A stretch of DNA of 63,889 nucleotides, filler included, from Xylographa opegraphella (taxonomy: Eukaryota), in the NCBI GenBank assembly GCA_022813865.1. It is 4 parts of 4 records of this genome, joined end to end, with 100 filler letters (N's around TTAATTAATTAA, not from the genome) between each part and the next. Parts side by side here need not be neighbours in the genome. Positions count along the whole stretch, not along the records: positions 19,409 to 37,579 come from JALDZX010000144.1; positions 37,680 to 54,841 come from JALDZX010000145.1; 2 more parts are not named here. One strand, given 5' to 3'. Below, one piece after another: positions 34,553 to 46,430 of the stretch (position 1 is its first letter; each line of letters starts with the position of its first letter). Position numbers and translations under genes: made by a program. The notes beneath the pieces were generated by a model that saw only the letters and a list, made by a program, of their open reading frames with translations, was not told where the DNA came from and did no database searches.

Positions 34553-36820
34553 ATGGTTCTTCTCAACGGTCTCGCGGCCATAATTAGTCTAGCCACAATC
34601 GCGGGGTGTTCTCCGCTCGATTCAGATGCATCTTCTGGCGTTGGAGGAATAGCGCCCGCTGTTGGGCTTCCGGCCATACCTGCTGTGGCGCATCATGATC
34701 ATGCACTTGGTTCTGGAAACCTGCCACACATGCCTGCTGACCTAGCCACAGGCCAGCTGGCTCCGCACAGCCAGAAGAGCGAAAATCACAATGGACAAGT
34801 AGCTATAGAGAAGCCAGGCAGTCACGAGGCTATCAAAGCGGGCAATAATATCCATTCGCATGTTAAGCATCAGCACCTTGATATAGAAAAGAATCAACGA
34901 AAACCTCTCGCGACTGAGGAGAAAGGCCTTACGCCAGCATCAGCACCAGCCTCGAAGCTCGCGCTTCGTGAAGTTATCGAGCGTGGAATTGCGAATATAG
35001 GAGCTAGATCAGATCCCCCCGCTCAATCGTTCATACAAGCCCTCGGCAACATGTTCAGCGGACTTGGAAAAGATAAAAGCAAGCGTGACGGACCTCCGGC
35101 GCTACCTGCACCCTCCGGACCCGCTCCAGGCGCCGTAAACGCATCTATCTTACTCAATAATGCAAACCCAGCTGTGGGTCTACCACACCCATCACAAGAT
35201 CATTTACCTACCCCTCCGACTCCACCAATGCCTGCCCCCATACCCGCTGAGGCTGCGTTATCTCCTCCAGCCAGTCCTCCACCCGCAGGTTCGCCTTCGA
35301 CGGATTCGAATTCAGCTCAAGCAGATCTCGTAGCTGCGTCTCCTCCAATTGCTGGTTCGCCTCCCACTGCAAAACCTCCAGCTCTGCCAGCTACAGCGGC
35401 AGATATTGCAGCACCCCCTGCTGCTCAAGCATTGCCAGCGGATAATCCGAATTCGCCTGCGAACCCATCCGCAGATTCTCCGGCAGTGGATACTGGAGCC
35501 AGCTCTTCTTTTCTCGATTTGACGCCTCCACACAACTTTGAGCCTGTTCCTGCCAGCCCAGGAGTAGTTGCTGAGTACGGTCACATGGGTCAGTTTGGTC
35601 CACTGAATGAAGTACTTGGTGTCCAGGGAAACCGCGCACATCGATACGGGGTCAACATACAAGGCGCCCAGTCAGTTGAACCAAACCTCCGCGTTGGTCG
35701 TTCATTTTCACGGCAGCATACGAACCAGCACATGCGACGCCACCCAAGTATCAGTCGTTACGGTGCGCATTCGCCTGCAACAAATAATCGTTTGCCACGA
35801 GATGTGGTAACTGATTTCCACGCATCTTTGATAACTAGTCCTCTTGATGGTGCCTCTATGCCACGGGCTGGTCAGCAAGTAGCCTTCCAACGTCATTACT
35901 ACCGTAACCGTCGTGGCGTTAATTTCACTCCCCTGCCTCGAACTCGACGGAGTTTACATGCTCTGAACAGTGTCTACTATCGTCGAGGCGAATCCTCAGC
36001 TTCAGCTGGAGCTTTCGACGGTTCAGCCGAAAATAATGCCAGTGCATCAGGGACTGCAGGAGACGACAAGCCTGTTAAGCCCGACGAGACAACGAAGTCG
36101 GCACCCGCTGCCAGGGCTGACAGTGCAGACAGTAATGGAGTACCAGAGTCGATAGCGAAGCCGGATACTGAGACTGCAGGGATGATGGTAGACTCAAAGA
36201 ATACTGACAAGGCTGAAGTTAATACAGCCGATAAGGTCAACGAACCAGAGGCTAACGAGAAGTCTAAGACGGGCACTACAGATGGTTTGGCAGACAATGA
36301 ACCAGCCTCTAAGTCGGAAGTATTCAAGCCTTCCACAAAATCTAATGGTGCTGCCAAATTAGGCAAAAACATGGGCTCAATGCCGGCTGGACTCGACTCA
36401 TCCTTGGCGATGGGTGATGCTAAAGACGCTATGCTCAAAAAACACCACCCTCACGCACCCAAGGCTCACAATAAAGCCAACCATGGTATTGGAGATGTCT
36501 CGCGAAGCAGGAAACCAAGCGCAAAAACACCGGTCTATAAGCCACGGCCCAAAGGCCAGAGGATGAAAGCCAAGAGCAGAAGACCGTCCATAAGTGATCA
36601 CCATAGCTCACACTTCAACCCGCACCACAAAATGATCCCTCAAATAGCCCGGCGTCACGATTTACAAGTCCGCAACGCCGCTGCGGAGGCCGATGCGTGG
36701 GCTGACGCCCACGCCAATTATCTCGACGAGCGAGACATCTACTTGGAGTACCTTGCGAAGAGGGAGGCGTATGCGTATCCGGAGGCGTGGGCGTGCTCGG
36801 ATCCCAGTGGGTGCAACTGA
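34553..36820 (+). CDS. 755-aa secreted low-complexity (Pro/Ala/His-rich) protein with dibasic sites and X-Ala/X-Pro dipeptide runs; family unknown
   Basis: Single long ORF; N-terminal hydrophobic signal MVLLNGLAAIISLATIAGCSPL; several KR/RR sites; tail VR-NAAAEADAWADAHA-NYLDER-DIYLEYLAKR-EAYAYPEAWA-CSDPSGCN. Confidence 0.8.
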   Translation: MVLLNGLAAIISLATIAGCSPLDSDASSGVGGIAPAVGLPAIPAVAHHDHALGSGNLPHMPADLATGQLAPHSQKSENHNGQVAIEKPGSHEAIKAGNNIHSHVKHQHLDIEKNQRKPLATEEKGLTPASAPASKLALREVIERGIANIGARSDPPAQSFIQALGNMFSGLGKDKSKRDGPPALPAPSGPAPGAVNASILLNNANPAVGLPHPSQDHLPTPPTPPMPAPIPAEAALSPPASPPPAGSPSTDSNSAQADLVAASPPIAGSPPTAKPPALPATAADIAAPPAAQALPADNPNSPANPSADSPAVDTGASSSFLDLTPPHNFEPVPASPGVVAEYGHMGQFGPLNEVLGVQGNRAHRYGVNIQGAQSVEPNLRVGRSFSRQHTNQHMRRHPSISRYGAHSPATNNRLPRDVVTDFHASLITSPLDGASMPRAGQQVAFQRHYYRNRRGVNFTPLPRTRRSLHALNSVYYRRGESSASAGAFDGSAENNASASGTAGDDKPVKPDETTKSAPAARADSADSNGVPESIAKPDTETAGMMVDSKNTDKAEVNTADKVNEPEANEKSKTGTTDGLADNEPASKSEVFKPSTKSNGAAKLGKNMGSMPAGLDSSLAMGDAKDAMLKKHHPHAPKAHNKANHGIGDVSRSRKPSAKTPVYKPRPKGQRMKAKSRRPSISDHHSSHFNPHHKMIPQIARRHDLQVRNAAAEADAWADAHANYLDERDIYLEYLAKREAYAYPEAWACSDPSGCN

Positions 36821-37518
36821 AAGTTGTAGAATCATTGGGATGCGGGGATACCTTTGCCAGGTCGCAAGATGGTCTGTACTTTTGCACGCATAGCAAGGCG
36901 TTTTGGAAATACACACAATGTTTGGCGCTGAACAGGGTATACTGCTTGGTTGGTCCGTAGACGTCTGGAGATGTAAGAATTTATCATCTTTTATTATCAT
37001 CAGATACCCTGGTACACGTAGCACCTTAGACGTTCACAATGAAGATGATGTGTTGTATTGTGTACCGTTACTGTCTGAGCCGCACAGTATTTTACCCGAA
37101 GTGTGCCCGTCCATCTAAAGTCCCTCCATGGGTGGCGGAAAACCTCCCGTGCCGGAAAATATGAGAGGTACTTTGATTCCAAGTGGCTCAGATTTTATAC
37201 ACACATCGATATTTACTATACTTCTGTATAAACCGTGTACTATGGCCATCTCTAAATACTCGGGATCGGTTTATTTAGAAAATTACGCTTTCGTTGTCGT
37301 TTTTGAGCTTGATTTGCATAGAACCTCTTTTTATAACGAAATAGATTTCTTTTTTTACAGCACTACCGCAAAGCTCTTACCATTCTAAACTTATAGAAGG
37401 GTTTTTTTCGAGCCTTAAAACTTCGCAATAATAATAAAAAATCATTGTTAGCCTTGTATTTACTGTAACGCGCATATTTATGCAGGGTCGTCAAGCCAAT
37501 CGATATTTTGAATCGAAG

Positions 37519-37579
37519 TGTTACGGCTCATCAACTCACCACACAAGCACGCCTAGAACGTAAGCTTTAGGTGGACGAT
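37519..37579 (-). mobile_element. Family-B LTR 3' end at contig edge
   Basis: TGTTACGGCTCATCAACTCACC... is the reverse complement of 18983-19043. Confidence 0.9.
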
Positions 37580-37679
37580 NNNNNNNNNNNNNNNNNNNNN
37601 NNNNNNNNNNNNNNNNNNNNNNNTTAATTAATTAANNNNNNNNNNNNNNNNNNNNNNNNNNNNNNNNNNNNNNNNNNNN
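37580..37679. other. Artificial contig linker N44-TTAATTAATTAA-N44
   Basis: Same construct as 19309-19408. Confidence 0.95.
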
Positions 37680-37743
37680 TAAAAAATAAAAAATAAAAAA
37701 TAAAAAATAAAAAATAAAAAATAAAAAATAAAAAATAAAAAAA
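37680..37743 (+). repeat. (TAAAAAA)n simple repeat
   Basis: About 9 perfect 7-mers at the contig start. Confidence 0.95.
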
Positions 37744-38080
37744 GGAGTAAAAGCTTCGAGAATTATTCGTACGGGAAATTGTATAAACTTTTATTTTCTT
37801 AAAATACTCGATTAATTTGACGAATTATAAAACGTTAAAATAAAAAATAGTTAGAAAATCATTCAGAATACGCAGCGAAATACGGGGAAAAAGCAAAAAA
37901 ATAATAAATAAAGAAAAATATAGCGGTAGTGAATATTAAAAAAAATATTAAACTAATTAATATTTTAAAGTAAGTAACTGTTAATTGGTAGAAGCATCAC
38001 TTGCTGGTAGGCATAAAGGAATACCTAAAGGCTAGTTCTATTTATGTATAGCGTAGTTCAGTACTAGCGTAGGAGGTATA

Positions 38081-38169
38081 TGTCACGTTCTCGTGGCCTA
38101 TACCGAACTTCACCGAATATACGATTACTGTTGCCCCCGCCCTGATCCAAATACACGTGCCTTTTAATA
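38081..38169 (+). mobile_element. Truncated LTR (family F) preceded by a purine tract
   Basis: AGGAGGTATA|TGTCACGTTC...; the last ~36 bp match 19500-19535. Confidence 0.6.
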
Positions 38170-38199
38170 GTAACTATAAATAATTTAAGCTTAATATTA

Positions 38200-41100
38200 A
38201 AAAAAATGCTTGAAGCCATCGTTTTTAATATTATAATAAACAATATATTTTTTCTGGTATTTTAATATATAAAATAATATTTAAATTAAATAAACCTTTA
38301 ATAATAAAGAGAATATACGTAAAAAGCGTTGTATTAAATATGAAATACGCCCACGATATTACTATCGAATACCGTTTTTTATCTTTAAGCTCTCCAATTT
38401 AAATCAATTTAAATTAAAATTAAAAATCTCGATTTTATTAAATATCGAAATCAAAATTAATTTAATAAAAAAAGAAGTTATTTGAAAGCTGAATTTATTT
38501 TATAATATCGATAATCACCTAAAATTGATACAGATTAATAGTAATAAAACGGTATTAAAAAAATCTGTAAAAATATGAAAAATAATTTAATATTTAATAT
38601 TTATAATTTAATCGCTGCTAGTGGTCGATAAAGCGAGCTAGTTAATAATACTAAAAATATTATACATATTTGTGACTAATATGAAAACGTCGATAAAAAA
38701 AAGTTATACATAAATAAAGATAATAAATTCGAAATTTAATAAAACTGTAAGATTTTTTAGAATTTAAACAAAAAAAGATTTACCTATTGAAAAGTTGTTT
38801 TATTTATACTTTAATACGTAATTCGAACCTTTGAACGATTAATAAATTTAAAAATCGACGAGAGGGTTTATAAATATATATTAAATAAATATTATTAAAA
38901 AAAATAATGGTTTGTACCTTAATTTATTATTCGTTCAAACAAAAAATAAAACATCGATTATTGTATGTAATTTAGCGTCTTAATTTGAATTTTCAAATTT
39001 ATCGCAGGCTGAGGCTACTCGTTTGTTTTAACGTTAAAATTTAAATTTAATTTACAGTACAAATACAGCCTTTGAATTGTTTATAAATAAAAAGCCGATA
39101 GAATATAATTTGTAAATAAATCAAATTTTGAAGGGGAAAATCCATCTAGATTTGCTGATTAAAAAAGAAAAATATTAACGAAATAAAATTTTATATTTTA
39201 TTTAATCTAATTTATAATCGTCTAAATATTCACTTTTATCGCGTATTAATATATAAATAAAAAACGCTAGTTTGACCTCGAATCGTATAAATAAATTCAA
39301 AATAAATAGATAATTATTTACTATTGAAAGACATTTTTTATAAAAAATATTTTTTAATGAAGAAAATACTTTAGAATAGAATTTTTTGTATATTAAATAA
39401 ATTTACCTAGAGGTAGCCGTCGTTTATAATAATCAAAACGATTAAATATAAATTTTAATAAACTTTTATATTTAAATTGCCTCGTGTGTTGAAATTAAAG
39501 GTAATACGTATACTTAAAGAAAAAATATTAATCGAAATAATTAAATATTGCGAAATTTTTTATGAAAAGTTATAATTTTTAGTAAAGAAATTCGAGCTTG
39601 AAAAATATTGATTTATCAACGCGATTATATATATTAACAAGGTAATTATTTAAAACGTAAATGTATTGTTTAATATAAAGTAATTTATAAAAGAATTCGC
39701 GGGCATGTAAATCGTAAGTTTAATAAATACGTAGTTTAGATACGATTAATTAAAGTTTAATAAAAATAATAAAAATTTTATTGAGTTTTAAATTTCGGTG
39801 AGTTTATTGCAAAATTGTATAATAATAATAAAAAACGAATTCAGTCGCGCAGTTTTACCGAATTATAAATATTATTTTAAATAATTTTTACTAAATTTGT
39901 TGGGTAATTATTGGTAATATAAATATAAAAAGCTCAAGGAATTGATATAATAAAAAAGCCTTGTTTAAAATACGACGATATATTTTAAAATGTATATAAA
40001 ATCTCGATCGAGTAATAATATATAATATAAAATGAATTAAAAAATATATATTGAAGAGAAATTTACAGTTTACAGTCGAATAATTAAAAATCATAAAGTT
40101 TATTTATAAATTTAAAAAAAACTACTGATAATAATAAAAGTTTTAAAAATAGTAAAATAATCGCTTTGCTATTTAGTTAAGAAAACGTGTATTTTTATAA
40201 AAATTTATATATATTTTCGATTGTAAGTAAAAAATTTGCGATAATAATGGTTTTATTTCTTAATTATTTAAAAAAACGTTGTACTCGAGTAAAGAAACAA
40301 TTAGCAAATCGCTATAAATATTTCAAAATTAAATTTTATTATAGTTTCAGCGATATAAAATACAAATTATTAAAAAAATCGACGAAATTAATCTCGATTT
40401 ATACGCTCATTCAATTAAACAAAGTTCGATTTTGCTGTAAATAACGCGAAACGAAAAGAAAAAATTCATTTATTATAATAATAAAGTTTGGTTAAAGCCC
40501 GAGAAAATTTATAACGAGAAAAAAAAGAATATCGAAAATTATTTAGAATTTTAAAGAAAGTTAAAACTTATTTTTTTAGGATTTTTTTATAATAAAAATA
40601 AATACGCAAATTTTAATAGTATAATTAACTTAATTAGCGTTAAGTATAGGGAAAACGTTAATAAATTAATAATTAATTTAAATTCGATTATTTAGTTTAA
40701 AAATAAAATTTATTATTAACAATAAATAGTTAACTATAAATAAATTATCGAAACGATCTTGAAATTCTAAAAACAACGAAAAAAACGAAAAAAACGAAAA
40801 AAATGTGAAACAAATTCTTAGATAGTTAATTATATTGTATAAAAGTGTATTTTTGAAATTTAATCGTAGCGGCCACTGGGAAGAAGCAAAAAAAAGCGAC
40901 AGTTAAGAATTATGGGTTATTATTTTAAGTTTCGAACTTTAGATATTTAAAATTTTATAAAAAATATACTATATAATTATTATCATTAAAAGGTTGATTT
41001 AATATAAAAGCTGTTAATAAACGAAATTCAAAGCGAAAGCCTTAAAATATTTAACGAAATAGTAAAAATATATATTTGCGACGAGTAATAGATAAAAAGG

Positions 41101-42430
41101 AAAATTAGTAACAGATTATCGCCTGCCAGTAGATTATAAACGAAGTATATAAACATATAAAAATTCTATATTAAAAAATAGCCGTTATATATTAATGGAA
41201 AAAATGGTATAAGAACTGCAAAATTTACAAAAATTATTAGCGAAGATTTTTACAATTAAAATCGAATATAATTTTTATTACGTATAATTAATATTGTTCG
41301 AAAATATAATCGTAAACGTAATCAAAATATGTCAAAAAAGAGGTAAATCATATAATAATCGCCCGAAAGATTTATCAAGTTAAATAAAAATTAAAGCTTC
41401 CGAAAACGTAAATTTCAAAACGATTACTCGATTTTTATAAAAAAACGTTATCATTCGCCACGAATTTTTTAGAAAATAATTTTAAATAAAAATTAGAAAA
41501 TAAAAAATATATTAAAATACTATTGAAATTGTATAAAATTAAACGAATATAACTTTTTATATATAATTCAAGCGCGAACGATATAATAAAAAAATTAAAT
41601 TAATCATAAATAAGCTAGCAAAGCTAATATATAAACAACTAAATATATAATTTAAACTGTTATATTCAATTTTATAAGTTAATTAATTTAATATTCGTTG
41701 AATTATCGATATAACCCTATTTTAATTTATTTATAGAAAAATACATATATTATCGATCGAGGCCAAAATGCCTAGTTATAATAATTTACTTCAAAATTAA
41801 ATTCGAAATACAGTCGATCTGCTTGTATTACAAAATTTATAATTATTATAAAAAGATAAAATAAACTTGAAAAAAATAGCTTTAAAGTTTAAAAAAAATA
41901 AGTGACTAAATGAAAAAATACTTCGACGTTAGTAAAATTACTAAAAACAAAATATATAAAATGAAAAATTTAATTTTTCTATACAATATTAGATTTAAAA
42001 ACGATCATTTATTAAATTAAAGATTTCATTTTTAATAGCAAGGCTCTTATCCAATTATCGAAGCGAATTTTATTAAAAAAGTATATTGTCTGTAAAAATT
42101 AAATAATATAAAAAAATTAATATCGTCTCTAAAAGAAAATTGAAATTATATGTTAAATGAAAAAACAAAAAAACAAAAGAATATACGACAATTCTGGCGA
42201 ATTTAAAAAAGTAGTATTTTAATAAAAATACAATCGACGATAAAAATGAATTTTAATATTTTAAAATAATTATTTCGTTAACATAATATAAAAACAGTAA
42301 TTAAAACCTTAAAAATAACTACGATTTAAACAGCTTTGGCGATAATAGCTTTCATTTAAAATAAAACTTAAAGTTCGAACATTTTGCTGAACGAAAAGTA
42401 AGAATCAAGGTTCAACGGGGGCGAAAATAT
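38200..42430 (+). mobile_element. RIP-degraded Gypsy pol (protease, RT, RNase H, integrase), Ylt1-like
   Basis: About 39570-39790 back-mutates to FLVKK...Y.LINA...NKV.I.DAN.......F.EEFAGM..VSL.D...GYDQ (RT). About 41320-41500 resembles AREDLSGW.E......VA.F....VI.RHG (integrase). Ends in GGGGGCGAAAA then TGTACA (PPT/LTR junction). Confidence 0.65.
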
Positions 42431-42499
42431 GTACATATCGAAGTCGAACGAAAGTGGAAAATCAGTGAATAAAACGTCGAAGACCGCGTTATTCTTTAT

Positions 42500-45400
42500 T
42501 TAAAAAAAATATTCCTTTTTTTATCAGGGTTAGCGAAAGTAAAAGAAAAACGTATAAATAATTACGCTAGCGATTGTATTAACGATTTTAAAAAAAATTC
42601 CTTTTATCTTTTTATATTTTACGACTTTAAATTGTACCTTTGAATTTAAATGATTAAAACGGGAACGAGAATCTTTGTACTCGAATAATATTATGTCAAG
42701 AGATTTATTTTTGTTATTGTAGTAATCTTTTTTATATTCATGGCGGCAATATCTTCTATGTTTATAATAGCAACTTTTTCTATATTCGTGGCAGTAACTT
42801 TTATTATATTAGCGACGGCATTAACGTTAACGTATTTAAAATATTAATTTCCTCTCGACTACGACCTTATTTAATTTACAATAATAATAATTTTATTAAT
42901 ACGACGATATCGTTTTTATTATCATAATAATATTCTTTTTTTACGATATCGAAATTTTTACCCTAGTAATAATTAAAACTATATTCGATTTTATAGCTAT
43001 AATATTTTTATTATTACAATAACGATTGCTTATACTTTTTTTTATAATTACTAATTTTTCGCTCTGGAAAGCAGTATTTTTTAAATTTAGTTGTAATATT
43101 ATTATCGTACCAGTTTTTAATAAAAATTAAATTTATCTTACCTCGTTATTTTATTACAACTTATCGCTTTAAAATAGACCTTTTATAGCCGTTTAATAAA
43201 AATATTAAAATATTAAAAAAACAAACGAGACGATCGCAAAAGTAGAATAAACTTTATAAAATATTTATTATTTCGTTTAGGCCTTTACAATAATTTAAAT
43301 AGTGTAAAAACTTGATGTAAATTTAAAAAAAATTTGAAAAGCTTTTCGCGTTTCTTTACTTCAATTAGAATTAATTAAAAAAATTGTATTATATTATTAA
43401 AAATGTAAGAAATCGAATTTTTTTAAAAAAATTACAGTCGGTAAATAGTAATATATGGCAAAGATGCAGGTATTGCTATAATAAATTATATTTCAATAAT
43501 GCTTTAAAAATAATATTTTTTGTTATAATATCTGCAATCATTATGAGTAAATTTATTAAATATATTGCTGTTTAGAAATATAATTGATTCAATACATATA
43601 GAAATAAATTCGAAGATCGAAAGAAAAAGATAAAAAAATAGGTATAATAATCGCAGTTTTTTTTATACTAAATTTTTTTGAACAAACTATCGAGATTTTC
43701 AAGATCGATTTTCCAGAAATAACGATGGTTATATGAATTTAAAAAAGATATTGATAAGAAATAAAGTTAAAATTTATCGATTGAGCAGGAATTCGAAAAA
43801 GAAAAAAGAAATAAATTTTTGAAATATTAATTTTTAAAAATTAATAAAAGGAATTTTCCAAAGAAGTTTTATCAAAGAGTTTATTTTGCTGAGATTTTTA
43901 ATAATATTGTTAAGAATGACGATGAACTGTATAAAGTTTATAAAAGAGTTATTATTAGAATGTTATTTTTTATAATAAAATTATGATAATATTAATGATG
44001 ATAACGAAAATAATCAAAAGAATAATAAAAAGAATAATACAGTAAAAGCCAATTTCGCGGCGAATATTATTAAATTTTATAAATATAAAAAATGCAAATT
44101 GCCCTTCCTTTTTAATAATAAACTTCATTAATATATTCGCCAAAATTAATATATTGAACCGTTTAAAATTGATACAAAAAATTTACTTTTCGTCGAGTTA
44201 AAAGTGCTTAAAATATAAATGTACGATGAAAAACTTTTCGGTCAATAAATTGTGAAATCAATATTTTCGAAAATTTTATTAATGAAAGAGTATCCGTTTA
44301 AAGACTAACGATACGCTACGATTGAAATTAATTTAAACTTTTTCATTAGCGAGAAAGCCAATATTTATTTAAATATGAAATATATTATAAAATTTATTAA
44401 TAAAGACTTTCTTTAATAGCGCTATTTTAATGTAAAATTTAAAATAAAAATTATTTTTATAAAAGTTCGTAGCATTGCCTCGTTTAGCCGTACAGCGAAT
44501 CAATATACCGTTATATTTTTTAAAAACGATAATAGTAGAATAGTTTATTTTAGGCGGGAAATTTATTTAACTAACAAATTAAAAGCGAATATATTTATAA
44601 AAATTCATATTATTACCCCCGAAGGTATTTTAATTAATCTTATATTAAAAATAATTATATTTCAATTTTGCGATTTTATTTAAATAATTACATTTATTAA
44701 AAATCGATTATTAAAGATTTGAAATAATATTCTGCGATAAAAAACGATTATTTCGTTTTATACTCGTTAAGCTATATTTATTAAAGGTGCTAAAAGAAAA
44801 ATGTTGAATTTTTTTAAAAATTGTGATTTTCTTTCGAATCGAATAGGGTTCCATAATAATTATTGATATTTGCTTATATTATTAATTATAATATATTTTT
44901 AGTTTTCGTACAAAACGACTTTGATACAAACGTCATTTTATTTTAAAATATACGTATAAAAAACGTAGTAATATATAAAAACTAGGGATATTTTATAACG
45001 ACGGTCAAAATGTTATTAAATAACGCAAGATTTGCCGTCAAATTATCGAAATCTTCGAAATTAAAATGATCTAAAAAATTATAAAAAAAAGTCACTAGTA
45101 TCAGTACTGCTAGTTAACGTTGTTATTTTAAAAATTAATTTTTTTGATCGTTTAAAAGTATAAACTTGCGAACGAAATCATAATTTATAATGATATATCG
45201 ATTATTGTATTTTGGAAATTTACTGCGGCGAAATATTTTAATTCTTGAATTAATAAAGGAAATACTGCGAACGTATTTAAATTCGGATAAATATATTTTT
45301 AATAAATAATTAAAAAAGTACTATAAATTCAAGCAGGCCACAGTATATTTAATAAAACAACGAAATTATAATATTATTAATAAAGTTTTTAATATATTAT

Positions 45401-46430
45401 ATGCTTAAAAAAGAATAGAAAAAACGAAATTTATTATATTATTTAACTATTTATATTTTGTGGTTTAAAAGAATTAAAGCGTATAAAATAAGGGAAAAAT
45501 AGTTATCGATATTCAAGCCCTGAATAAAATTATTATATTAAATATTTATTTTATCCCCTTTTAAGCGAAAATATTAACAGTTATTAATAACGCTATATAT
45601 ATTATTATTATCGTTGACGTATATTTGTTTTTTATTATTAATTAATAAACAAAATATATCGATATCGTTTAACAGTTTCATATTATAAAGGCAAAAAAAC
45701 CTTGAATATAATCGTAATAGAACATCGAAATTCTTTAATATATATACAAAAAGTAATTAACAAAATTTTGAAACTCTGGCGAAACCTTGCAAAAACTTAG
45801 GTTAATAATATTGTAATTTTTTTATTTTCTTTAAAAAAGTATTTGTAATATTTTAACGAAATCTTTAAATTTTTTGCGTTATTCAATATATACCTTTTAT
45901 TTAATAATTTTATTTGAAATAGCATTTAATAACTCTGCTTGATTAATGTGTTAACGCTTTAGGATTAGCGATCGCAAAGGAAAAATTTATAACGATATTA
46001 TAATCAATATTTCCGCGATTACTAAAACAGTTTAAAGATTATTTAGAATTAATAGATTATTTGCGATAATATGTTTTCTATTACGCAGCAGTCTTTCGGC
46101 TATTATAATTCCGAAAAACAATTCTTAATAAATTTATGCAAAAAGGTATCCCAAAGGCCGTCGGGAAAATTTGTAAAACATTACTTAATAAACTAGAAAT
46201 TATAGTATTAATATTTAAGCAACTGGCTGCGTTTTTTTAAATCTAGAAATCATTTTTAAGGCCGTCGATATTGGCGTATATTATGATCAAGCGACAGCTC
46301 TATATTAATATAAATTTATTATATAAAACTGAACACGACGCTTACGCGTATTATGCTATCGAATCCATGATCGATGACACGAATTCTCCAAAGCATCGGC
46401 TCTGCAGATTATCATTTTTTTATTCACACA
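42500..46430 (+). mobile_element. Second RIP-degraded Gypsy (gag, C2H2 finger, protease region, RT, start of RNase H); degraded DNA continues to about 48900
   Basis: About 45490-45560 reads KGKIVIDIQALNKII.LNIYFIP (KGRVV.DIR.LNK...D.YP.P); about 45798 reads *VNNIVI (YVDDIVI); about 46270-46320 resembles L.HYD.KRQLYI..D; C2H2-like finger at 44084-44140. Confidence 0.65.
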
